DNA from: Candidatus Omnitrophota bacterium
GTDB lineage: Bacteria; Omnitrophota; Gorgyraeia; Aquiviventales; Aquiviventaceae
Assembly (NCBI GenBank): GCA_016206675.1
Contig: JACQRD010000047.1
Span: 1-37,040 of the forward strand
Length of the DNA: 37,040 nt
Reading direction: 5' to 3'
Shown: in pieces, positions 9,915 through 17,547 of the stretch
How positions within the stretch are numbered: position 1 is the first letter of the stretch
Layout of the letters: each line of letters opens with the position of its first letter
Notes under the pieces: generated by a model
Seen by the model: only the letters and a program-made list of their open reading frames with translations
Database searches by the model: none
What the model was told of the DNA's origin: nothing
Translations under genes and position numbers: made by a program

Positions 9915-10115
9915 ATGGAAGACGCCCTGCAAGCACTCGGGTTGTTCCAACAGCTTGGCATTGCGGAACTGGTCATCATCCTGTTGATCGCGCTGCTCAT
10001 CTTCGGTCCGAAGCGGCTGCCTGAGCTGGCCAAGTCGCTTGGCCGGGCCGTGCAGGAGTTTCGGCGGCAGGTCACCGGAGCCTTCCGCGGCCCCAAACAT
10101 CGGCCGAAGCCATGA
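9915..10115 (+). CDS. tatA: Twin-arginine translocase TatA/TatE subunit
   Basis: GIAELVIILLIALLIFGPKRLPELAKSLGRAVQEFR; RBS aggagg. Confidence 0.93.
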   Translation: MEDALQALGLFQQLGIAELVIILLIALLIFGPKRLPELAKSLGRAVQEFRRQVTGAFRGPKHRPKP

Positions 10116-10158
10116 TCACCTGCTCCTTTCTGGTGTTGAAGGGTAGCCGCTACTGACG

Positions 10159-11289
10159 ATGTCCGGCCTGTTTTGGCTCTCCTTCAGTGCGCTCATCTAC
10201 ATCTACGCTGGCTATCCGCTGCTGGTATGGGTGCTGGCGCGGGTGTTCGGGCGCGAGCCGGTGCGGCGTGATGGGGCTCCCATCGTCTCGCTGCTGATTC
10301 CTGCGTATAACGAGGAGGCGTACATTGAGGCGCGGCTGCGCAACAGCCTGGCCCTGGACTATCCGAAGGATCGCCTGGAGATCGTCGTCGCCAGCGACGG
10401 CTCCACCGACGGCACCAACGCCATCGTGGAGCACTTTGTACCCCGGGGCGTGCGGCTGATCGCGATGGAGCGCAATCTCGGCAAGGCGGCGATGCTCAAC
10501 CGGGTCGTACCGCAGTTGCGCGGCGAGATCGTCGTGCTCTCCGGCGCCTCTACTGAATTGGAACCGGATGCGCTGCGGCGGCTGGTGCGGTCCTTTGCCG
10601 ATGCATCGGTCGGCTGCGTCTGTGGGTTGTACCGGTTGAAAGGCTCCTCGCAGGATCTGCGCGGAGAAGGGGAAGGGTTGTACTGGCGCTATGAAACCGC
10701 GATCAAGCAGCAAGAGAGCCGGCTGCATTCCATCCTCGGCGCGCACGGGGCGTTCTATGCCATCAGAAAATCGCTGTTTCGCCCACTGGCCGCGGCATCG
10801 ATCAATGACGATTACGTCATCGCCATGCGCGTCGTCGAGCAAGGATTTCGAGCGGTCTATGAGCCCTCAGCGGTGGGATGGGAGCGGGAGGTAGCCTCAG
10901 TGGAAAGCGAGTTTGCGCGCCGCCGGCGCATTGCAGTCGGCAATTGCCAGCAGATCGTCGCGCTGCGGCATCTGCTGAATCCGCTGCGCGGATGGGTCGC
11001 GTTCGCCTTCTTTTCGCACAAGGCGCTGCGCACGTTGGCTCCCGTCTTTCTACTGATGTTGTTGGTCTCGACGTTCTGGCTGCCGGCAGGGTGGCGCGCG
11101 GTCGCGCTCACCGCCCAGGCACTGCTCTATGGCAGCGCGCTCGCCGGCTATTGTTGCCAGCAGCGGGGCAAAACCGTCAAATGGCTCTCGCCTCCGCTGT
11201 ATTTTTGCTTCGGCAACTTGGCCATGCTCGCCGGCCTCTGGACCTTCTGCACCAGCCAACACCGCCTCCCCTGGTCTCACCGCAAATAA
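10159..11289 (+). CDS. GT2 glycosyltransferase with TM helices (IcaA/PgaC-like family)
   Basis: IPAYNEE, SDGSTDGT, GKAA, GAFYAIR, INDD, RRRRI motifs. Confidence 0.9.
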   Translation: MSGLFWLSFSALIYIYAGYPLLVWVLARVFGREPVRRDGAPIVSLLIPAYNEEAYIEARLRNSLALDYPKDRLEIVVASDGSTDGTNAIVEHFVPRGVRLIAMERNLGKAAMLNRVVPQLRGEIVVLSGASTELEPDALRRLVRSFADASVGCVCGLYRLKGSSQDLRGEGEGLYWRYETAIKQQESRLHSILGAHGAFYAIRKSLFRPLAAASINDDYVIAMRVVEQGFRAVYEPSAVGWEREVASVESEFARRRRIAVGNCQQIVALRHLLNPLRGWVAFAFFSHKALRTLAPVFLLMLLVSTFWLPAGWRAVALTAQALLYGSALAGYCCQQRGKTVKWLSPPLYFCFGNLAMLAGLWTFCTSQHRLPWSHRK

Positions 11290-11308
11290 ATCGTGCCTGG
11301 CACGATTT
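11288..11308. repeat. REP-like palindrome, left flank of TA pair
   Basis: aaatcgtgcc-t-ggcacgattt, perfect 10-bp arms. Confidence 0.85.
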
Positions 11309-11320
11309 TTTAGATGGGTT

Positions 11321-11620
11321 CTAGGGGTGGGGAGTCACGGCGAGAATCGTGAGTTGGTGTTTCTCTGGGCCGTAACACCAGAAGATCCGGTACGCTGAGG
11401 GGGTGCGGTTTTGCGCATAGGCTTCAAACACCTTCTCCTTCGGATTGAACGGATGCGAGATGGAGGAGTAGGGATGGGTGTGGCGGGAAGGGTGTTTGGG
11501 GTTGTGCTGCAGGTACGCCAGCGATTTCTTGATCTGTCTCACGAGGCCTTCATGACGCGGCGTGCGTTCCAGCGCTTCGAGATCTTTCTGCGCGCTCGCC
11601 GTGAAGATCAGCGCAAACAT
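11321..11620 (-). CDS. RelE/ParE-superfamily-like toxin
   Basis: 99 aa, basic; IFTASAQKDL..L..NPKHPS..H, YRIFW, TILAVTPHP; coupled to upstream small gene. Confidence 0.72.
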   Translation of the reverse strand: MFALIFTASAQKDLEALERTPRHEGLVRQIKKSLAYLQHNPKHPSRHTHPYSSISHPFNPKEKVFEAYAQNRTPSAYRIFWCYGPEKHQLTILAVTPHP

Positions 11621-11925
11621 TACGCCTCGTCGTTCAGGTACTTCGTATAGTCTTCCTTGGCTTTGACCGTGCGGCCTTTCCTGGCGTCCTCCAGCCCCTC
11701 CTTGACGCGCTTCATCGCTTCGGGATTCTTGAACAGCCAGGCCTCGTAGGCGGGAACGGTGACGAGAGGGTCCAGGATGATCTGGCCCACCCGATTGCGG
11801 TACACTCGGTAACTTGAGACGCGCATCCCCGGCAGGCGCCCCAGCGCCACGCGATGTTTCGCGTCCACCCGCGCTTCGGTCACTGCTTCAAATTCGGCGT
11901 CCTTCAAAATGTCCTGCCGGATCAT
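11620..11925 (-). CDS. Putative antitoxin with AbrB/MraZ-like N-terminus
   Basis: RVDAKHRVALG...GQIILDP, EAWLFKNPEAMKRVKEGLEDARKGR; RBS on minus strand; 1-nt overlap with toxin. Confidence 0.68.
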   Translation of the reverse strand: MIRQDILKDAEFEAVTEARVDAKHRVALGRLPGMRVSSYRVYRNRVGQIILDPLVTVPAYEAWLFKNPEAMKRVKEGLEDARKGRTVKAKEDYTKYLNDEA

Positions 11926-11961
11926 CGCGCACCTCCCTCGTCACCGACAACGATACCATAA

Positions 11962-12002
11962 AGTGGGATTTAATACAAGTGGGATATACTAACTATCCCA
12001 CT
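11962..12002 (-). promoter_or_regulatory. Probable TA promoter/operator
   Basis: agtgggat at 11962 and 11978, inverted tatcccact at 11994-12002, enclosing a minus-strand TAGTAT -10-like hexamer. Confidence 0.6.
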
Positions 12003-12005
12003 CTA

Positions 12006-12026
12006 AAATCGTGCCAGGCACCATTT
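12006..12026. repeat. REP-like palindrome, right flank of TA pair
   Basis: aaatcgtgcc-a-ggcaccattt (one mismatch). Confidence 0.85.
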
Positions 12027-12163
12027 TTTGGCGTTGCCTGCGCACGACAATTCGTGCTTGATTCCCCCTCCAGCAGCAACATCCTCTCGCTTTCCGAGGA
12101 ATAAGGTACTTAGTAACTACTTGTAAAATAAGCAGTTACAAAAATATTGATACCTGAACACTT

Positions 12164-12179
12164 CGGCATGGCATGTGCT
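12164..12179 (+). promoter_or_regulatory. Sigma54-type -24/-12 promoter
   Basis: cGGcatggcatgtGCt (GG-N10-GC) in AT-rich intergenic DNA. Confidence 0.6.
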
Positions 12180-12226
12180 TACTTATGTCTATATCTGCGT
12201 AACAATGAGGAGGTTTGCATAACGTC

Positions 12227-12436
12227 ATGACCACCGGAACGGCCAGCCAGCTGCTGACATTAGAGGAAGTCGCCGGTTACCTCAGAGTCTCCAAGGCGAC
12301 GGTCAGACGTTGGACCAACAGCGGAAAGCTGCCCTGCTACCGCCTCGGCGGCAAGGCCGGCCGCCGGCTGTTTTCGCTGGAGCAGATCCAGCAGTTTCTG
12401 ACCGCCAACGAACAGAAGCCGGTAGTGACCACCTAA
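12227..12436 (+). CDS. Small MerR-like/excisionase-type (HTH_17) DNA-binding protein
   Basis: LLTLEEVAGYLRVSKATVRRWTNSGKLPCYRLGG..RLF; upstream gaggagg. Confidence 0.88.
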   Translation: MTTGTASQLLTLEEVAGYLRVSKATVRRWTNSGKLPCYRLGGKAGRRLFSLEQIQQFLTANEQKPVVTT

Positions 12437-13566
12437 TGCCTAAGCCCCTGCGCGTGCTCATGCTCAACTATGATTGCCCGCCGCTCGGGGCGGGCGCCGG
12501 GCAGATGGCCTTCGGGCTGTCGAAGGCGCTGGTGCGCGCAGGCCATCAGGTGGACTTCGTGACCATGGGCTTCAAGGGCCTGCCGGCAAGGGAAGAGATC
12601 GAGGGCGTGCGCATTCACCGCGTGCCGTGCCTGCGCCGCCGCGCGCACATGTGCACGATGGCGGAGGCCGCCACGTACGTCGTCTCGGCGCTGGTCGCCG
12701 TGCGACGGCTGGTGCGGCAGCATCGCTACGACCTGATCCACGCGCACTTCATCTTTCCGGGTGGGCCCATCGGGTGGTGTGCCTCGCGATGGACCAAGGT
12801 GCCCTATCTGATCACCGCGCATGGCTCCGACGTGCCCGGCTACAACCCGTACCGGCTGCAGCTGGTCCACTGGATGATGGCGCCGCTGTGGCGGGCTATC
12901 GTGCGCCGCGCGAGGCACGTGGTCTGTCCCAGCCGCCGGCTGCGCAGCCTGCTGGCGGCGTGCGGAGCCAGCGCGCCGGTGACGATCATCCCCAACGGGA
13001 TGGACGCGCCGCCGGCGACCGCGCCGCAGCCCCGGCTGCGCCGCATCCTCATCGTGGGTCGCATGGTGCAGCTCAAAGGCGTGCAGCATGCCCTGGCCGC
13101 CCTCAACGGCTTCTCTAAAGACTACGAACTGCATATTGTCGGCGATGGGCCGTACCTGCCGACGCTGCGGCAGATGGCCGAGGCGCAGGGGGCGCGCGTG
13201 ACGTTTTGGGGATGGGTGGACAGCCACTCGCCGAAATTCCGCGAGCTGTTCGAAACATCAAGCCTCTTCATACTGCCCTCGGAGTCGGAGAATTTTCCAG
13301 TCGTGCTGCTCGAAGCGATGGCCGCCGGCCTGCCCATCATCACGACCTCCGGCACCGGCTGCGATGAGGTGGTCGGCGACGCCGCCCTCCTCGTGCCCCC
13401 CGGCGATGTGCAAGCGCTGCGCTACGCGGTGAAACGCCTCATCGAAGATGAGCCGTTGCGCCGCACGTTGGGCCAGGCGGCCCGCCGGCGCCTGGAAGAA
13501 CAGTTCAGCTGGAGCGCCGTCGCCGCGCGGTACGCCGCGCTCTACCAGCGCGCGGAGGGGGCATGA
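12436..13566 (+). CDS. GT4 glycosyltransferase
   Basis: TAHGSD, IIPNG, ENFPVVLLEAMAAGLP; ATG overlaps previous stop. Confidence 0.93.
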   Translation: MPKPLRVLMLNYDCPPLGAGAGQMAFGLSKALVRAGHQVDFVTMGFKGLPAREEIEGVRIHRVPCLRRRAHMCTMAEAATYVVSALVAVRRLVRQHRYDLIHAHFIFPGGPIGWCASRWTKVPYLITAHGSDVPGYNPYRLQLVHWMMAPLWRAIVRRARHVVCPSRRLRSLLAACGASAPVTIIPNGMDAPPATAPQPRLRRILIVGRMVQLKGVQHALAALNGFSKDYELHIVGDGPYLPTLRQMAEAQGARVTFWGWVDSHSPKFRELFETSSLFILPSESENFPVVLLEAMAAGLPIITTSGTGCDEVVGDAALLVPPGDVQALRYAVKRLIEDEPLRRTLGQAARRRLEEQFSWSAVAARYAALYQRAEGA

Positions 13567-14564
13567 GTCGCCGTCCCCGGCAGGGTCCGGATTTCCTCTG
13601 CATCGGCGCGCCGCGCTGTGGCACGACGTGGCTCTACCAGATGCTGAAGACGCATCCGCAGATCTGGCTGCCCCCGGTGAAGGAGTTGAAATATTTTCAC
13701 AGCGATCCGGCCGCGGGCACGCTGCTGGGGCAGCGGCTCTTCGGCCGCGCGCCAGAGCATCAGGTCTGGCGCAAGCATCTGCGATCACGTCTCGAGGAGA
13801 CCGTGCTGGCCCCGGCGCTCTTCGGCAGCGGGGGGATGGTCACGTGGTGGAGGAAGGGGGCCATGCGGCTGGGCGACGGCTACTGGGGCGGACGACTAAA
13901 CACCCTGCGCCGCAGCCCGGGGCGTTTCTTCTCGGATCTGGCGTGGGATGTCCGGTATTTTGGCGGCGGGGGGACCGATGCGTGGTACTGCGCATTGTTC
14001 GACGCCGCCCGGGAGCGGGTCACCGGCGACATCACGCCGAGCTACCTGATGCTGGACGCAGCCCAGGTGGCCCGCGCGCACCGGCTGCTGCCGCAGGCCA
14101 AAATCGTCTTGTTCCTGCGTGATCCCATCGAGCGCTTCTGGGCGGCGGCGCGCATGCAGTGGGGGTTAGGGAAGCTCTCGTTTGACTTGACGGACGCGGA
14201 GGCGATCGCCCGGCTGGCGCGTCATCCCAACCAGGTGCTGCGCGCCGATTACCAGCGGGCACTCACGATCTGGGAGGCGCGCTATCCCCCCGCGCAATGG
14301 TTCATCGCCTTCTATGAAGAGCTGGCAGAAGCACCCGAGGCGCTGCTGATGCGCCTCTATCGCTTCCTTGGCGTGGAGGCCTCGGCCCGGCGCATCCCGG
14401 CGCAGGTACGACAGCGGGTGCTGGCGGCTCCCCCCCATGAGATGCCGCCGGCGGTGGGGCGCGAGCTGGCTCGACAGTACCTGCCGCAGCTGGAGTATGT
14501 GCAGGCCCGCTTCGGCGGCTATACGACGCGCTGGCTGCATGACGCGCAGGCACGGCTCGCATGA
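13563..14564 (+). CDS. PAPS-dependent sulfotransferase
   Basis: IGAPRCGTTWL 5'-PSB loop, KELKYF, GDITPSY, LRDPIERFW. Confidence 0.9.
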   Translation: MSRRPRQGPDFLCIGAPRCGTTWLYQMLKTHPQIWLPPVKELKYFHSDPAAGTLLGQRLFGRAPEHQVWRKHLRSRLEETVLAPALFGSGGMVTWWRKGAMRLGDGYWGGRLNTLRRSPGRFFSDLAWDVRYFGGGGTDAWYCALFDAARERVTGDITPSYLMLDAAQVARAHRLLPQAKIVLFLRDPIERFWAAARMQWGLGKLSFDLTDAEAIARLARHPNQVLRADYQRALTIWEARYPPAQWFIAFYEELAEAPEALLMRLYRFLGVEASARRIPAQVRQRVLAAPPHEMPPAVGRELARQYLPQLEYVQARFGGYTTRWLHDAQARLA

Positions 14565-15541
14565 CGCGGGCAAGTTGGCTGGGCGGCTGGTGGCTCAGAG
14601 CCGGCGTCGCCGGCGGCCTGCTGTATCTCATTATCCGCACCATTCCGCTGGCCGACGTGGCGCGGTCGCTGCGATCGGCCCGGCTGCCCGAGGTGGCGGC
14701 GGCCATCGCCCTGTTGGGTGCGGCGCGCGCGCTGAGCGGCTACCGCATGAAGCGGCTCACCGATGAGCAGGGCATGGGCTTATCCACGCTGCAGATCATG
14801 GAGATCGGCATGGCCAGTTCGTTCTACGGGTTCGTGCTGCCGGGATCGTTGTCGGGGGGGCTCATCCGCTGGTACCGGCTCGGCCGGCAGGGCAAGAAGC
14901 CGGCCGGTGCCGTGGCCGCCATCGCGTTTGATCGGTGGACGGATACGATGGTACTCGCAGCCGTCGGGCTGGCCTGCTGGGCGCTCAGCCCGATCGCGCA
15001 CACGCGCGCCCTGATCGGGCTCATCCTGCTGGCGGCCATCGCCGCCCTCCTCGGGCTCTATGGCATGACCTTTCAGCAGCACGGCGCGCGGGTGCTTGAG
15101 CCCTTCAGGCGGCTCCTGCGGTCGCTAGCCCCCGGCCTTATGCGGGAAAAGATCAACCGGGTGCGCAAGGCGCTGGCCCAGTATCACGCGTTGCCGCCCA
15201 CGGCGCTGGGTGCGCTGTTGGGGCTTTCCGTCGCCGTGCAACTGGCGGGCGCGGCGTCTCTGTTGCTGCTGGCGCGTTCGCTGAACGTCTCACTGCCGTT
15301 TGTGGACGTCTGCTGGATCCGCTCGTGCATGCTGCTGCTGGCCATGCTCCCCATCACGGTGGCCGGCTTAGGCATCCGGGAAGGCAGCTTGCTGGTCTTC
15401 CTGGCCCCCTACGGGGTCAGCGGCGCGGAGGCGATCGCCCTGTCCGTGCTCAAGCTGGCGGCGGGGCTGGTCCTGATCGTCGTCGGGGGATTGCTCGAGC
15501 TGCGGCGCCTGCTGCAGCCGCAGAGGGCGCAGGCCTCATGA
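14561..15541 (+). CDS. LPG-synthase TM domain/flippase-like membrane protein (UPF0104)
   Basis: Multi-TM; LPGSLSGGLIR, FDR, LPITVAGLGIRE motifs. Confidence 0.85.
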   Translation: MTRASWLGGWWLRAGVAGGLLYLIIRTIPLADVARSLRSARLPEVAAAIALLGAARALSGYRMKRLTDEQGMGLSTLQIMEIGMASSFYGFVLPGSLSGGLIRWYRLGRQGKKPAGAVAAIAFDRWTDTMVLAAVGLACWALSPIAHTRALIGLILLAAIAALLGLYGMTFQQHGARVLEPFRRLLRSLAPGLMREKINRVRKALAQYHALPPTALGALLGLSVAVQLAGAASLLLLARSLNVSLPFVDVCWIRSCMLLLAMLPITVAGLGIREGSLLVFLAPYGVSGAEAIALSVLKLAAGLVLIVVGGLLELRRLLQPQRAQAS

Positions 15542-17547
15542 GCGACGGGCACGTGGTCTCGGTCATCATTCCCACCATCGACCGGCCGACCCTGCAGCAG
15601 TCTCAAGAGGCTCTGCGGGCCCAAACCCGGCCGGCGGATGAAGTCATCGTGATCCACGATACCGGGCGGCGAGGGGTGAGTTGGGCGCGCAACGAAGGCA
15701 TCCGCCGCTCGCGCGGGGATCTGATCGTGTTCGCCGATGATGACTGCGTGCCCCCGAGGGATTGGCTGGAGCAGCTCGTGCGCGCAGTTGATCGCGACGC
15801 GGCTGGCATCGTCGTGGGCGGCTGCCGGGAGACGGACCCGCTGCTCGATGCCAAACGGCGCCGGCGCGGCGCGGCGAATCGTGTCCAACCGTCGTCGGCG
15901 TACGGGGGCAACGTCCTCTATCGGCGCAGCTGCCTGGAGGCCTGCGCTGCGCAGGACGGGAGCATCTTTCAGGAAGCCTTCGGCATCGGGGGCATCGGGG
16001 GAGAAGATGTGGAGCTGGCCGGACGCCTGCGGGCCCGCGGGGTGCCGATTGTGTTCGTCCCGGTGGACGTGACGCATCTGAAGCGCGTCACCCCGCGCGG
16101 CTACTGGGCGCAGCAGTTTGGCCGCGGGCAGGGGATCGCCGCGCTCTTCAGGGCCGCGCGATCCGGACGCGTGGCCCTCGCCCAGCAGAGCCTGCTCTGG
16201 GATCATGAGGCGCAGCCGAAGGCTCGGCGCGGCCCCAGGTGGTTGCTTGCCGTGTGGCGCAAGCTCGTGGGGCCGTTTGACGTGAAGAGTTTTCCATCCC
16301 TGCGCCACTTTCTGGTGTTCTGGGCCGGCGAAAAGTGCGAGGCCGCCGGTTTCGCCTGGGGCCTGCTGTGCCGCCGGCACGGTCGTCCGCAGGCCGCGCC
16401 GCGCGTCTGTCTCTGGGGAACCTCGCTCCACAAAGTGGCCGATGAGGCCCAGATGATAGCGGCGTGTGACGCCATTCGCCTGCGGATGCCTCAGGCGCGC
16501 ATCACCTTATTTGCCCGGCCCAACGGCGTCTTTGAGCGCGAGGCCGCCGGAATCGAGGTCATCCCCACGGCGCGAATCATCCAGGTCCTGCGCCGCCTGG
16601 CGCGCAGCGATCTCTTTGTCATCGTTGGCGGGCCCTTTCTTGAGAACCGCGCGCAGGTGTTCAGCTGCGCGCTGCTCATCGGCGCCGCCAGGCTGTGGCG
16701 CCGTCCGGTTGTCACCTTCGGCAGCACGATTCTCGATTACAAGACGCGCTGGGGCCGGTGGTGGTACCGGCGGCTCTTCGAGCGCATTGACGCCATCGCC
16801 GTGCGGGAGGAGGTCGGGCTGCGGCAGCTTCACGCGCTGGGGGTTCGAAGCGCGGCCGCGCTGGTCGGGGATCCGCGCATCCTGCTTACGCCGGCGCCTG
16901 CCGAGGAGATCCGCGGCCTCTTGCGGCGCGAAGGGTTCGACGGCACGCGTCCGCTCATCGGGCTGACCACCCGTCATCTCAGCGACGACGTGCCGGTATG
17001 GGTCAAGCGCACCGCCGGCTACACGCCGGAGCATGTCGCGCAGGCCAACGTCATCCTTGGACGCACCATCAGCGCGCTCAGTCAGCGGGCGGACGTCGTC
17101 CTGCTGCCGATGCACCCGACGTATGATGAGGATCTGAAGACGGCCGAAGCCATCAGGGACACGATGGCTGATCCGTCGCAGTTGAACATTCTGAGCCGGG
17201 CGTACCGGGCGCGCGAGCTCATCGGGTTGATCGCCGCGTGCGAGCTGCTCATCGCGGGACGGCTCGGCTCCGCGATCTTCGCTACGGCGGCGGGAACTCC
17301 GGTGCTCGGCGTCGCCTACGAAAGCCGGCTGCCGGGCTACTTGGAGCAGATCGGCTGCGGCCGGTACGTGCGCGACTGGCGGGCGCTCGACGACACGTTT
17401 GTGCGGTTGGCGGAGGAGCTGTGGAGTGATCGCGCTACGGTCCAGCGGCAGATGCAGGGGCATCTGGCACACCTGAAATCGCAGGCGGCGGCCAACGGGG
17501 AGCTGATCGCTCGGTGGGCTCGCCGGGATCAGGTCAAAGCGGCATGA
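15538..17547 (+). CDS. GT2 glycosyltransferase fused to polysaccharide pyruvyl transferase domain
   Basis: N-half VSVIIPT, ARNEG, FADDDC, GEDVEL; C-half DEAQ, IVGGP, IAVRE, GDP, IAGRLGS. Confidence 0.8.
   Translation: MSDGHVVSVIIPTIDRPTLQQSQEALRAQTRPADEVIVIHDTGRRGVSWARNEGIRRSRGDLIVFADDDCVPPRDWLEQLVRAVDRDAAGIVVGGCRETDPLLDAKRRRRGAANRVQPSSAYGGNVLYRRSCLEACAAQDGSIFQEAFGIGGIGGEDVELAGRLRARGVPIVFVPVDVTHLKRVTPRGYWAQQFGRGQGIAALFRAARSGRVALAQQSLLWDHEAQPKARRGPRWLLAVWRKLVGPFDVKSFPSLRHFLVFWAGEKCEAAGFAWGLLCRRHGRPQAAPRVCLWGTSLHKVADEAQMIAACDAIRLRMPQARITLFARPNGVFEREAAGIEVIPTARIIQVLRRLARSDLFVIVGGPFLENRAQVFSCALLIGAARLWRRPVVTFGSTILDYKTRWGRWWYRRLFERIDAIAVREEVGLRQLHALGVRSAAALVGDPRILLTPAPAEEIRGLLRREGFDGTRPLIGLTTRHLSDDVPVWVKRTAGYTPEHVAQANVILGRTISALSQRADVVLLPMHPTYDEDLKTAEAIRDTMADPSQLNILSRAYRARELIGLIAACELLIAGRLGSAIFATAAGTPVLGVAYESRLPGYLEQIGCGRYVRDWRALDDTFVRLAEELWSDRATVQRQMQGHLAHLKSQAAANGELIARWARRDQVKAA

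Noticed and set aside
11288-12436. Prophage/ICE remnant (TA plus excisionase-like gene)
   Set aside because: No integrase, tRNA att site or phage genes; the HTH gene is coupled to the GT operon
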